Positions 1-9,262 of a stretch of 64,000 nucleotides of DNA are shown here, one piece after another. A program made the position numbers and the translations under genes. Location: positions 19,082 to 83,081 of the forward strand of contig CAYRNZ010000001.1 in the NCBI GenBank assembly GCA_964425765.1, read 5' to 3'. This stretch comes from an uncultured Synergistaceae bacterium (GTDB taxonomy: Bacteria > Synergistota > Synergistia > Synergistales > 79-D21). Position 1 is the stretch's first letter, and every line of letters begins with the position of its first letter. The notes under the pieces are model-generated. The model did no database searches. It had not been told where the DNA came from and saw only the letters and a list, made by a program, of their open reading frames with translations.

Positions 1-7
1 GCCAGGT

Positions 8-685
8 TCAGGGAGTGATGAGCCCTTCCCGGATCGCCAGGCGGACGATGTCGGTGACGTTCTGCAGCCCTAGCTTCTTCAGCAGGTTCGACCGGTGGGT
101 TTCCACGGTCTTGTGGCTGATGCCCATGTGCTCGGAGATTTCCCTGGTGGAGAGGCCCAGGGCCAGGTGCCGGAAGACCTGCAGTTCCCTCGGGCTAAGG
201 CTGGAAAGAAGGGATTCTTCCCTCGCCCCGGTTTGGGGCGCAGGAAAGGTCCCCTCGCGGATGAAACTGTCGATGAGGGGGCTCGCGATCCCGGAGGACA
301 GGTAGGTCCCGCCGTCCATCACCGTCCTGATCGCCCGCGGGATTTCCCCTGGTTCGCAATCCTTCGTCAGGTAGGCGTGGGCTCCGGCCTTCAGGATCTC
401 CGCAGCGAGGAAAGCGTCCGCGTGCATCGAAAGGGTGACGATTTTCGGCGGGGCCGGGAGGGTGGAGAGAGTTCGAGCCGCCTCCACCCCGTTCATCCCG
501 GGCATGGAGATGTCGAGCAGGAGCACGTCCGGTTTCGTCTCGCGGCACTGGGTCACGGTGGATTCCCCGTCCGCCGCCTCCCCGACGACCGAGATTTCGG
601 GGAACGGCGCGAGGAGGTTCCGCAGCATTCCGCGGACGGTTTCCTGGTCGTCAGCGATGCAGATCCGTATCGGGATGGGAATCAC
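8..685 (-). CDS. NarL/FixJ-type (LuxR HTH) two-component response regulator
   Basis: 225-aa ORF. N-terminal receiver domain (ICIADDQ...VLLLDISMPGMNG). C-terminal LuxR-type HTH (LSPRELQVFRHLALGLSTREISEHMGISHKTVETHRSNLLKKLG). GTG start; overlaps the 3' end of the upstream kinase gene by 35 nt. Confidence 0.9.
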   Translation of the reverse strand: MIPIPIRICIADDQETVRGMLRNLLAPFPEISVVGEAADGESTVTQCRETKPDVLLLDISMPGMNGVEAARTLSTLPAPPKIVTLSMHADAFLAAEILKAGAHAYLTKDCEPGEIPRAIRTVMDGGTYLSSGIASPLIDSFIREGTFPAPQTGAREESLLSSLSPRELQVFRHLALGLSTREISEHMGISHKTVETHRSNLLKKLGLQNVTDIVRLAIREGLITP

Positions 686-2159
686 CCCCCGCCTTCGGTA
701 TCCAGAGTGCGCACCCTGTCCCGCTCCCCGGGGCCGTGTGGTAGGCCATCCTCCCGCCGAGGTACTTCACCCTCTCCCGGATCCCGAAGAGCCCCCAGCC
801 CTCCGTAAACCCGGCAGAATCACGCCCCTGCGACCGGGAGCCGATCCCGTCGTCGGTGACGCTCACCGCGATCGAGTCCCGCAGGTGGCGTATCCGTACC
901 GAGACGGAACCGGCCTTCGCGTGCTTGACCACGTTCCGCAGAAGCTCGCGGACCATCTGGTAGATCACGATCGCCAGTTCCTCGGGCACCTCGCGTCTTG
1001 AGCCCGTCACCACCAGTTTCCAGCGGATGTCGGCCGGGGTCAGCACCTGGTCCATGAGCGACCGCAGCCCCACTTCCATTCCGCCGGCGTAGAGGGCAGG
1101 GTTGCTGATCTCCCGGGTCAGGCTCCGGATCTGCGAGATGGCGTTCCTGAGGGAGTCGGAGGCCGCTTTCTGGAAATCCGGCGGGACCTCGCAGGAGGAG
1201 AGCGTCCCGATGGACTGGTAAAGCGATGCGAGTTCGAAGCCGATCTCGTCGTGAAGCACCCCGGCGATACGGTGCCGCTCGCGTTCCTCCGACAGGGCGA
1301 TCTCCCAGGCGAGGTGGCGCAGTTCCGCCTCGTAGGTCTCTATCCGGCGCTGGGCGCTCTTTTCGGCGGTGATGTCGTGGTAGATGCCGAACAGCAGCTT
1401 CTGCCCGTCGTCGGTGGTGAACGGGATGGCGGTGATGGTCACGTCCAGCGGGTTCCCGTCCTTGGTGTACCGGACGGTCCGACCCTGGTGGCTTTTGCCC
1501 CCGTAGACGAGGGCCGAGATTTTCCGTGCTTCCTCGTAATAGGGGCCGCGGGCGACGAAACCGTCGATCACCTGCCCGTCGATCTCTTCGGGAGTGTAGC
1601 CGAAAAGGCGGTAGAAGGCGGGGTTCCCCCTGACTATCCGGCTTTCGATGTCGCAGAGCACGACGGCCGTAGGGGTCCTGTCGAAGAGGTTCTCGAAGAG
1701 GGAATTGGCGGTCCGCAGGGCCCGTTCCCTTTCCCGCTTGCCCGTCAGGTCCAGGTAGGTGCACGTGTTCACGCTGCGCCGGCCGTCCTTGTCGATGTAC
1801 ATCGGCACCGATGTCAGGAGGACCGGGAAGGGGGTCCCATCCTTCCTGTGGCGGGTGGTCTCGATGGAAAATCCCCTGCCGGACATGCAGTAGAGTTCCG
1901 AAAGGGCGAGGGCGTCGTTCAGTTCCTCCCCCCGGGCGACGAGGCTATCGAGTTCCCTGCCGATGACCTCGCCCGGCGTATAACCGAACATCCGGCAGAA
2001 GCGGTCGTTGACCTGGATGATGTAACCGGTGCCGTCGTGCACGACGAGTCCAACCTCTCCCATGGCTTCGATGAGAGAAAAGGAGGAGCGGCCAAGGTTT
2101 TTTTGGCTGCGGGGATGACCATTAGCGGGAAAATTCGGCGAAGCGTCCATCCGGACCAA
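651..2159 (-). CDS. PAS-domain sensor histidine kinase (HisKA_3 / NarX-DegS type)
   Basis: 502-aa ORF. Two PAS-like segments (RFCRMFGYTPGEVIG; PAFYRLFGYTPEEIDG), HisKA_3-type H-box (ERERHRIAGVLHDEIGFEL) and HATPase_c boxes (VTDDGIG; GWGLFGIRERV). No obvious TM segment, so probably cytoplasmic. Start ambiguous: TTG 2159 or ATG 2150. Confidence 0.88.
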   Translation of the reverse strand: MVRMDASPNFPANGHPRSQKNLGRSSFSLIEAMGEVGLVVHDGTGYIIQVNDRFCRMFGYTPGEVIGRELDSLVARGEELNDALALSELYCMSGRGFSIETTRHRKDGTPFPVLLTSVPMYIDKDGRRSVNTCTYLDLTGKRERERALRTANSLFENLFDRTPTAVVLCDIESRIVRGNPAFYRLFGYTPEEIDGQVIDGFVARGPYYEEARKISALVYGGKSHQGRTVRYTKDGNPLDVTITAIPFTTDDGQKLLFGIYHDITAEKSAQRRIETYEAELRHLAWEIALSEERERHRIAGVLHDEIGFELASLYQSIGTLSSCEVPPDFQKAASDSLRNAISQIRSLTREISNPALYAGGMEVGLRSLMDQVLTPADIRWKLVVTGSRREVPEELAIVIYQMVRELLRNVVKHAKAGSVSVRIRHLRDSIAVSVTDDGIGSRSQGRDSAGFTEGWGLFGIRERVKYLGGRMAYHTAPGSGTGCALWIPKAGGDSHPDTDLHR

Positions 2160-2236
2160 TCCCCCGAACTGGTGTTCCTTTTGTACATGATAGCCCGAGT
2201 TAAGTTTTTCGGGAAGATCCGGCCGCCGGAGGCAAA

Positions 2237-2261
2237 GGGGGGAGCCGTTCCGGCTCCCCCC
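2237..2261 (-). terminator. GC-rich hairpin downstream of the homoserine-dehydrogenase-like gene (weak intrinsic terminator candidate)
   Basis: ggggggagccg / cggctcccccc inverted repeat with a 3-nt loop, 16 nt after the stop. On the minus strand it is followed only by TTTG, so the U-tract is weak. Confidence 0.3.
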
Positions 2262-2276
2262 TGAAGTCCGCGTTCC

Positions 2277-3323
2277 CTAGCGGATTCCGGCGTCTAGCGA
2301 GTAGAGGTCCGTGATCACACCGTAGGCCGTGGTAGTGATATTGGGGTCCTCCTCCGTCATGAGGATCTTCCCCAACAGGTCCGTCTCGAACCGGACGATG
2401 GAACCGGTGGCGTCCACGAGGGCGAAGGGGTGCCCGAGCGGGACCTCGGTGGCTTTTACCGAGGCCCTGACTGAGCCGCCCTCCCGCCAGGCGGAGCAGA
2501 CCATCTTGATCCGGAAGCCCCGCTCCTTCGCTTCCCGGACCCGCTCCGGGGTGATGCCGGCCATGCTGTCCCGGTCCACGTCCTTCGGCTCAAGCCCGGC
2601 GCCCATGAGGACGTTGGCCAGGGCGACGATCTTGACCGAGGCGTCCCAGCCGTCCAGGTCGTTCGAGGGATCGGCCTCGGCGATCTGCTCGGCCTGGGCC
2701 CCCGCCACGCCCTCGGCGAAGCTGGAGCCCTTTTCCATGGCGCAGAGGACGTAGTTGCTCGTGGAGTTCAGGATGCCGTCTATCTTGAGGATCGTGTTGC
2801 CCTTCATGCAGGAACGTGCCATGCCGAAGACGGGAGAGCCGTCCATGACCGTCGTCTCGTAAAGGAAGCCCGCATGCCTTTCGTCCGCCAGCCTGCGGAG
2901 CTCCCTGTAACCGAAGGCCAGGGGGCCCTTGTTGCAGGTGATGACGTGGCGCCCCCTTTCCAGCGCGGTCCGTACGTGGGAGATGGCCGGTTCGCCCCGT
3001 GTCGCGATCGACAGCGGGGACATTTCGACCAGCACGTCGTAGTTTAGGGTTTCGGCGGCGCCAAGGCTATCCAGTTCCGAGTAGTCCGGGTTGGCGGGCG
3101 TGAAGCGGCCATGCTCGCCTAGTTCCCGCAGGGCCCGGGCCAGGTCCACCCCGTAGGCGTTTGCCAGCGACTTGCGGCTGCCTGTGGTGATCCCCACGAC
3201 GGAAACGTCCAGGTCCCCGAGGGCCGGGTAGTCCGGGCGGTTCACGAGGATCCGGGCCAGTTCTCGGCCCACGTTGCCGAAACCCACCAGGAGCAGTTTC
3301 AGGGGAAAGCGGTCACGCGCCAT
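2277..3323 (-). CDS. homoserine dehydrogenase-family NAD(P)-binding protein (no ACT domain)
   Basis: 348-aa ORF. Rossmann motif LLLVGFGNVGRE at the N-terminus and a homoserine-dehydrogenase-like catalytic half (DGILNSTSNYVL ... DASVKIVALANV). Substrate not assignable from sequence alone. Confidence 0.75.
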   Translation of the reverse strand: MARDRFPLKLLLVGFGNVGRELARILVNRPDYPALGDLDVSVVGITTGSRKSLANAYGVDLARALRELGEHGRFTPANPDYSELDSLGAAETLNYDVLVEMSPLSIATRGEPAISHVRTALERGRHVITCNKGPLAFGYRELRRLADERHAGFLYETTVMDGSPVFGMARSCMKGNTILKIDGILNSTSNYVLCAMEKGSSFAEGVAGAQAEQIAEADPSNDLDGWDASVKIVALANVLMGAGLEPKDVDRDSMAGITPERVREAKERGFRIKMVCSAWREGGSVRASVKATEVPLGHPFALVDATGSIVRFETDLLGKILMTEEDPNITTTAYGVITDLYSLDAGIR

Positions 3324-3326
3324 GGG

Positions 3327-4559
3327 CTAGGCCCCCGCCAGGGTACGGATCTCTTCCAGGAGGCGGGAAATCTCTTCCCGGGTGTTGTACATCGAGAAGC
3401 CCACCCGGATGACGCCGCCCGACGGGGCCAGCCCCAGGACCTCGATGGCCCGGACCGCGTAGAAATCCCCGTCCCAGACGAGAATGCCCTTTTCGCCGAG
3501 TTTTTTGGCCGCGTCCGCGGGATGTACCCCGTCGATCGTGATGGAGACGGTGGGCGCCCTGTGGGTGCCGGAAAAGTCCGTTCCCCAGGCCGTGACGCCG
3601 GGGATGGCCTTGACCCTCTCGTAGTATTCCGAGGCGAGGGAATGCTCGTAGGCGGCGAGGGACTTCATGGCCGAAACCACGCGGCTCCTGAGGTCGGGAC
3701 CATCCCCCCATGAGGCGATGTACTCGATCCCCGCCTTCACCCCCACGATGGCGGCGTGGTTCATGGTTCCCGTCTCGATCTTGAAGGGGGCGAAATCGTC
3801 CTGTGTCCGCAGCCTGTCCGGGGTGAGCGAGTTCAGGAGGCCCGGCCGGCAGTAGAGGATGCCGATGTGCGGTCCGTAGAACTTGTAGGCCGAGCAGAGC
3901 AGGAAGTCGGTGTCGAGGGCCTCGACGTCCAGGGGGAAGTGGGGGGCGTAGTGGACCGCGTCCACGAGGAGCCAGGCCCCTACCGCCTTGGAGAGGCGCC
4001 GCGCCTCGGCGATGTCGTTGATCGTTCCCAGGGCGTTGGACGAAAACCCGATCGCCACGAGGCGGGTCTTCGGCCCGATCTTTGCCGCCATGTCCGCGTA
4101 GTCCAGCCGCCCCGTGGGGAGCAGCGCGACCTCCTTGACGACGATCCCCCGCTCCTTCAGGTGGAGCCACGGGCCTCGGTTGGCCTCGTGGTCGAGCTCC
4201 GTGATGACGATCTCGTCCCCCGGGGCCATGGATCGCATGAGGGTATGGCTGAGTGAGAAATTGAGGGTCGTCATGTTGTGCCCGAAGGAGATGCAGCTCC
4301 AGTCGGGGGCCCCGAGGAAGGCTGCGACGGCTTCCCTCGTCTCCTGGATCGCGGCGTCGGACTCGTTGGTGGTGACGAACATGCCGTGGGTGTTGGAGTT
4401 GCAGGTCTTGTAGTACCAGGAGACCGCGTCGATCACCTTCTGCGGGACCTGCGTCCCCCCGGGTCCGTCAAGGTAGGCCAGCCTGTAGCCGTTGTGGGTC
4501 CGGGCCAGGGCCGGGAAATCCTCCCTGCACCGCGCGCACGTCTTTTCGTCGAAAATCAT
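3327..4559 (-). CDS. class-V aminotransferase / cysteine-desulfurase-like PLP enzyme
   Basis: ORF-track start (4625) trimmed to ATG 4559 (MIFDEKT...), which has AAAGGAG upstream. Class-V fold-type-I pattern including a putative PLP-lysine context (LCSAYKFYGPHIG). Stop lies 3 nt before the next gene's start. Confidence 0.8.
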   Translation of the reverse strand: MIFDEKTCARCREDFPALARTHNGYRLAYLDGPGGTQVPQKVIDAVSWYYKTCNSNTHGMFVTTNESDAAIQETREAVAAFLGAPDWSCISFGHNMTTLNFSLSHTLMRSMAPGDEIVITELDHEANRGPWLHLKERGIVVKEVALLPTGRLDYADMAAKIGPKTRLVAIGFSSNALGTINDIAEARRLSKAVGAWLLVDAVHYAPHFPLDVEALDTDFLLCSAYKFYGPHIGILYCRPGLLNSLTPDRLRTQDDFAPFKIETGTMNHAAIVGVKAGIEYIASWGDGPDLRSRVVSAMKSLAAYEHSLASEYYERVKAIPGVTAWGTDFSGTHRAPTVSITIDGVHPADAAKKLGEKGILVWDGDFYAVRAIEVLGLAPSGGVIRVGFSMYNTREEISRLLEEIRTLAGA

Positions 4560-4643
4560 TTCCCCATCTCCTTTCGGTATTTTCGTTCGTCGTTTGTTAC
4601 CGTCGGTTCGTGCAGTCCGGGACAAAGCGGGTTCCGGTCCCCT

Positions 4644-6368
4644 TCACGCCGCACCCTGCTTCCGGAGGACCTCCATGACCCGTTCCACGGCAACGTGGAG
4701 GGATGGCCGGTCGAAAACGAAACGGGCTCCTGCGGCCGCGTAGAGATCCGGCAGGCGTTTCGTCCCGCCCAGCGCGAGCCCGCGCCTGTAGGCCGCGAGG
4801 GCCCCCGCCCTGTCCTCTAGCGAGTTCGCCCAGACCTGGACGGATGCCAGCTGGGCCATGCCGTACTCGATGTAGTAGAAGGGGATCTGGTGGATGTGCA
4901 GTTTCCTTTGCCATCCGGACCTGAGGTGGTCCTCGAAGCCCGAGTAGTCGATCCCCGGCATGAAGCGCCGCCAGAGGGCCTCCCATTGACTGTCGCAGGC
5001 CTCGGGGGAGGCCGCACGGGCAGGGTTCTCGTAGACCCAGTGCTGGAAGGCGTCGACGACCGCGATGTACGGCCACAGGGTGATCACGCTTTCAAGGTGT
5101 TCCACCAGGGCCCTTTCGGCGTCCGCGGGACGGTAGAACCCGCCCTTTTCCGCGGGAAGGAAGGGCAGCGCGAGGAGTTCCATCGCCATGGAGGCCACCT
5201 CGGCGAACTCGACCCCCACGTTCCACTGCAGGCTCCACGGCCAACGGGCCGTCTCCATGAAGTGGAAGGCGTGCCCCGACTCGTGGAGGAGAGTCTGGAC
5301 GTCGTCGTGCAGGCCCACGCCGTTCATGAAGATGAAGGGTTTCCCCTCCACGGGGAAGAAGGTGCAATAGCCGCCCGGGGCCTTTCCCTTGCGGCTCTCG
5401 AGGTCCAGGCAGCCGAGGTCCCGCATCCTGGAGAACGCCGAGCCCAGTTCGGGATCGAGAGCGTCAAAGACCGACCGGACGCCCGACTCGAGTTCTCGTC
5501 CCCCCGAATAGGGTTTCAGGGGGGGGCGGAGCAGGGGGTCCACGGCCAGGTCCCAGGGGCGCAGGGACTCGACCGCGAGCTTTTTCCTCCGGGCTTCGTA
5601 GAGGGCCGAGGCGGCGGGGACGACCTCGGTTTCGATGGCGTCACGGAAAGTGCGGCAGTCCTCCGGGGTGTAGTCGAAACGGTGCAGGGCCTTCCAGCGG
5701 TAGTCCCGGTAGCTCGAGAAGCCCGCGTTGGCCGAGATGCGCAGCCTCAGCTCGAGGAAGCGCTTCCAGAGCTCGGCGATGGCTTCCCGGTCGGCCATCT
5801 GCCGTTCGGCTACCAGCCGCCAGGCCGATTCGCGGACGTCGCGGGAGGTCTCCCGGTAAAGGGGCTGCATCTGCTGGATCGTCTTTTCCGTTCCCTCCCA
5901 GGTGACCGCCTGTGTCCCGATGATCCGCGCGTATTCCGAATCGAGCTTCTGTTCCTCCACCAGCAGGGGGACGTTTTCCTCCCGGTAGAGCTCGGCATCG
6001 GCCCGGAGCCCCTTGAGGGGTACCTCGAGGTCGTTCCGCGCGAAGCCGGAATCGAGCAGTTTTTGCCTGAGTTCCTGCTCGGCCGCCTCGAGCGGCGGGA
6101 GCAGTTCTTCCATGAAGGCGTGGTAACGGCGTTCGGACTCCTTGTCCGTGGTGTCCAGGGTCGTGGCGACGTGCAGCTTTTCCATTGCCTCGCCGGCCAG
6201 GGAGGAAACTCGGGTCCAGTCGGAAAGCCACTTTTCGGCTGAGCCTCCCGCCAGTGGGCGCCGTGCAAGTTCGGCGTAGTAGGGTTCAAACCGGTCCCAC
6301 TTCCAGTCGAAGAGTTCTTCCGCCCGCCGGGGCAGGGTATCGAAGAGGGAACCGTCCGACATCTTCAT
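4644..6368 (-). CDS. pepF: oligoendopeptidase F family (M3B) metallopeptidase
   Basis: The first 90 aa of the track ORF (4644..6638) are Arg/Pro-rich shadow. Start set at ATG 6368 (MKMSDGSLF...), overlapping the upstream M20 stop by 4 nt. Zinc motif LLHESGHAFH. Confidence 0.85.
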   Translation of the reverse strand: MKMSDGSLFDTLPRRAEELFDWKWDRFEPYYAELARRPLAGGSAEKWLSDWTRVSSLAGEAMEKLHVATTLDTTDKESERRYHAFMEELLPPLEAAEQELRQKLLDSGFARNDLEVPLKGLRADAELYREENVPLLVEEQKLDSEYARIIGTQAVTWEGTEKTIQQMQPLYRETSRDVRESAWRLVAERQMADREAIAELWKRFLELRLRISANAGFSSYRDYRWKALHRFDYTPEDCRTFRDAIETEVVPAASALYEARRKKLAVESLRPWDLAVDPLLRPPLKPYSGGRELESGVRSVFDALDPELGSAFSRMRDLGCLDLESRKGKAPGGYCTFFPVEGKPFIFMNGVGLHDDVQTLLHESGHAFHFMETARWPWSLQWNVGVEFAEVASMAMELLALPFLPAEKGGFYRPADAERALVEHLESVITLWPYIAVVDAFQHWVYENPARAASPEACDSQWEALWRRFMPGIDYSGFEDHLRSGWQRKLHIHQIPFYYIEYGMAQLASVQVWANSLEDRAGALAAYRRGLALGGTKRLPDLYAAAGARFVFDRPSLHVAVERVMEVLRKQGAA

Positions 6369-8026
6369 TTCCCTCCTTTCCCGCACCCGGCCCCGAGCGC
6401 CGAAACGGCAAAACGGAGCAGTTTCGGGGCCACGTTCAGGGAGTAGCCGAGCTCGAGGCGTTCGGTCATCTTGTGGGCGTCCTTGCCGGAGGGGCCGATG
6501 TTGAGCGCGGGGATGTCCAGCTTGAGGAGATCGTCGACGGGGAGGTCGTAAAGAGTCCCCCACCCGGGAAGGTTTACGCGGAGCCCGTCGAGGTCGTGCG
6601 GGTCTCCTTGGAAGCCCAGGTAGCTCAAGTCCGAGCACCCGCCGAAATGCTCGTTCTTGTGAAGGGTCTCCCCGAACCGGTTTTGCGCTTCCTCCACCGC
6701 GGCGTCCCCGACCGCGGAGAAAGCCTTCTCCTTGGCGGAGGCGCGGAAGTTCGTCCGGTGCGGGTAAAAGGGAGGCAGGAAACCCGTGACCGCCAGGGGG
6801 CCCTTTTCACCGGAAATAGTCAGGACCTCGTTCGCCAGGGCGATGCCCTTTTCGCGTTCGTCCATGGATTGCGGGAGCCCGGAGAGGAAGGCCGCCAGGT
6901 GTGCGTCAAGGTCGCCCTTGAACGCTTTTCGCGCGGTTTCGACCAGGTCCGCGTAACGGACGACCCGTCCAGTGGGAGTGGAAGGCCAGGGGGGAAGGCC
7001 GGCCCGCCCTGCGAAGGCCCGCTTGCTCTCGTCCAGGTGCACGGCCGTCCTCCGGAGCGCTTCCGCCGCGGCTGCATCGATCATTCCCAGCAGGGATTCG
7101 GGAGTCTGGCGGGTGGTGATCAGGCTGTAATAGGCGTAGGCACGTTCGGGCAGCGTGATGGAGTAGGCTTCCCGCAGGTCCTTCTGCTTGAGGCAGGCCA
7201 TGGGGGGGAAGTTTTCTTTCTCCCCGATGTCGGCGAAATCGGGGTTCCCCTCCAGGATCAGGTTCAGGTGGGCCATCACAAGGTTGGCATTGATCCCGTC
7301 GAAATACTCGGACCCGTGCGCGACCTTTCCCATGACCAGGACGAAGGGCATCAGTTTCCCAACCGCCCCGTACGTGACCACCCTGCCGTTGCCGCCCGGG
7401 TAGCCGGGGTCCGAGGGTTCGACCATGATGCAGCCGAGGAAATCGAGCCCCTCTTCCTGGGCACGGGCCAGGAGGCTGGCAGCCGACCGCATCCCGGAGG
7501 AGTTGTTCTCCTCGTCCGGTACTGCGACGAGCATCAGGTTCACCCCGAAGGCGCCCGGATTTTCGGAGGCCTCCGCCAGGAGGCACAGGGCCATGGCAAG
7601 GCCGAACTTCATGTCCATGACGCCCCGCCCGAAGAGGTAGTTCCCGGACTCGAGGTCCCTCTTCGCCTCTTCGGGAAGGGGAACCTCCCGCATGCGCCTC
7701 GTGCAGGCCTCGGGATCCAGGGCGACATCCTTCAGGGGGCCGTAGGGCTCGATGTCGACGACATCGAGATGCCCTTCGAGGATGACCGTTCTGCTGGTGG
7801 GGGGCTCCGCCCGCACGAGGGCCGTGACGACGGCGCTTCCGCACGGGCTCCCCGGGACGGTCGTCAGTTTCAGGTCCTCGGGGTGCTTCGTAAAGGCCGC
7901 GAGGGGGGAGAGGTGCTCGCGGATTCGCTCGGCGCAGGCCCGCTCCCCGGCCGTGGCCGAAAAGCTTGGGATTTTCACCAGGTCCAGGGTAAGGGCGTAG
8001 ATGTCTTCAGGTGTGTTCCTGAGCAT
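6365..8026 (-). CDS. M20/M25/M40-family metallopeptidase (ArgE/DapE-like)
   Basis: 553-aa ORF with M20-type metal-ligand motifs (LEGHLDVVD; AVPDEENNSSG). First gene of a four-gene co-directional block. Confidence 0.8.
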   Translation of the reverse strand: MLRNTPEDIYALTLDLVKIPSFSATAGERACAERIREHLSPLAAFTKHPEDLKLTTVPGSPCGSAVVTALVRAEPPTSRTVILEGHLDVVDIEPYGPLKDVALDPEACTRRMREVPLPEEAKRDLESGNYLFGRGVMDMKFGLAMALCLLAEASENPGAFGVNLMLVAVPDEENNSSGMRSAASLLARAQEEGLDFLGCIMVEPSDPGYPGGNGRVVTYGAVGKLMPFVLVMGKVAHGSEYFDGINANLVMAHLNLILEGNPDFADIGEKENFPPMACLKQKDLREAYSITLPERAYAYYSLITTRQTPESLLGMIDAAAAEALRRTAVHLDESKRAFAGRAGLPPWPSTPTGRVVRYADLVETARKAFKGDLDAHLAAFLSGLPQSMDEREKGIALANEVLTISGEKGPLAVTGFLPPFYPHRTNFRASAKEKAFSAVGDAAVEEAQNRFGETLHKNEHFGGCSDLSYLGFQGDPHDLDGLRVNLPGWGTLYDLPVDDLLKLDIPALNIGPSGKDAHKMTERLELGYSLNVAPKLLRFAVSALGAGCGKGGK

Positions 8027-8068
8027 GGAGGTCCATCACTCCTTTTCATATGTCGGGCCTGTCCTATT

Positions 8069-8097
8069 ATTATCCGCCAAGGTTGCCGTGGTGTTAA
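8069..8097 (-). promoter_or_regulatory. sigma70-like promoter candidate for the M20-pepF operon
   Basis: On the minus strand: TTAACA (8097-8092), 17-nt spacer, GATAAT (8074-8069). Sits in an AT-richer patch about 40 nt upstream of ATG 8026, which has an AAAAGGAG Shine-Dalgarno. Confidence 0.35.
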
Positions 8098-8117
8098 CCG
8101 GCAGGTTGACGGGAAGG

Positions 8118-9011
8118 CTAGCGGGATGCCGGGTTGCGGCGCCCGCATGGGGTTCCCTGTGACCCCAGGACAAGGACGGCCACGCCGCAGAGGATGAAGG
8201 CGACGGCGGCAAGTTCCGCCCGGGTGATGGTTTCGCCGGCGAAGAGGATCCCCAGCCCGAGGGCGATGGCCGGGTTGATGTAGGTGTAGCTGGTCGCCAG
8301 GGCCGGGCTGACTCTCTGCAGGAGGTAAAGGTAGGCGCTGAAGGCGACGACGGATCCCGCTATCGAGAAATAGAGGAGTGCGGCTGTAGAGCGAAGGGAA
8401 GGCATGCCGTGAAACCGCTCGTTCAACAGGACTCCGAGGATCAGCAGCAGGAGTCCGCCGGCCAGCATCTCCGACGCCGCGGCCATGGCTCCGCGGGGCA
8501 GCGGGAGGCGCGGGTTCAGGAATGAGCCCAAAGCCCAGGTCAGGGAACTGGCTAAAAGCAGCAGGGCTCCGCGAGGGTCTGCCTTCAGGTTGCCGCGGAG
8601 GCTCAGGAGCATGACCCCGAAAAAGCCCAGCGCGATGCCGAACCACTCCACGCGGTTAGGCCAGTCCCCCAGCAATCCCGAGAAAAGGGCGACCCATATC
8701 GGCACCGTGGCGATCCCTACCGCTGCGATGCCCGAGCCGATGGAAAGCTGGGCATAGGCGAGGGCGCCGGCGCCTCCAACCATCAGGAGCAACCCTTCGA
8801 GGGCCGAGGCGGCCCACTGTCGTCCCGTCGGAAGGGGGGTTCCCTTCGCGAGGAGGAATGCGAAAAGGAGAACCCCGGCAAGAAGAAAGCGGCCCGCCAT
8901 GAAGAAAAAGGGCGGGTAGCCCTCCAGGCCTATCCGGATCGAGATGAAACCGGAGCCCCAGAACACCAAAAGCGAGAGGAAGCAAAGGAGGGGCAGGGGG
9001 TTCTTCCGCAT
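8118..9011 (-). CDS. EamA/DMT-superfamily transporter
   Basis: 297-aa, about 10-TM hydrophobic ORF with the duplicated EamA-like architecture (…LLWGSGFISIR… / …LYLLQRVSPALATSY…). Confidence 0.8.
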   Translation of the reverse strand: MRKNPLPLLCFLSLLVFWGSGFISIRIGLEGYPPFFFMAGRFLLAGVLLFAFLLAKGTPLPTGRQWAASALEGLLLMVGGAGALAYAQLSIGSGIAAVGIATVPIWVALFSGLLGDWPNRVEWFGIALGFFGVMLLSLRGNLKADPRGALLLLASSLTWALGSFLNPRLPLPRGAMAAASEMLAGGLLLLILGVLLNERFHGMPSLRSTAALLYFSIAGSVVAFSAYLYLLQRVSPALATSYTYINPAIALGLGILFAGETITRAELAAVAFILCGVAVLVLGSQGTPCGRRNPASR

Positions 9012-9026
9012 CCGCGACTTCGTTTC

Positions 9027-9233
9027 CTAGCGAAGGAAGAGGTAGTAGACCAGCCCGTGAACGGCCCCGGAAAACACCCCGGCCAGGCCGAGCGTCCTGT
9101 GGAGTGTCATCACCGTCTTTGGGCTCATCACCCGGCGAAGCCTGGCGCCCCAAAAACCGGTCGCCGCGGCCGCGACCAGGAAGAAGCCTGCGGCGGCGCC
9201 GGACAGCCTGAAGATCGTGACCAGGTTTTCCAT
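9027..9233 (-). CDS. small two-TM membrane protein, unknown function
   Basis: Track ORF (9027..9389) trimmed to ATG 9233 (MENLVTIFRLSGAAAGFFLVAAAATGF...), because the upstream part overlaps the end of the preceding gene region. 68 aa with two hydrophobic helices. Confidence 0.5.
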   Translation of the reverse strand: MENLVTIFRLSGAAAGFFLVAAAATGFWGARLRRVMSPKTVMTLHRTLGLAGVFSGAVHGLVYYLFLR

Positions 9234-9262
9234 AAGGATCCCCCCTTGGAAGGATTGGAGAA

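Noticed and set aside
4890-6242. Long ORFs on the strand opposite to, or out of frame with, the genes called above. Examples: 95..808(+), 1251..2264(+), 4890..6242(+), 6185..8197(+), 12578..13789(+), 15042..17144(+), 19712..21241(+), 29214..31205(+), 31984..34308(+), 34395..36089(+), 35977..37359(+), 39806..40939(-), 42849..44606(+), 56649..58115(+), 58264..59253(+), 59489..60676(-).
   Set aside because: Their translations are dominated by Arg/Gly/Pro/Ala/His runs with no recognisable motifs. Each is mirrored by an ORF in another frame or strand that has clear family signatures, SD sequences and operon-consistent starts and stops. This is the expected stop-codon-poor shadow of high-GC coding DNA.
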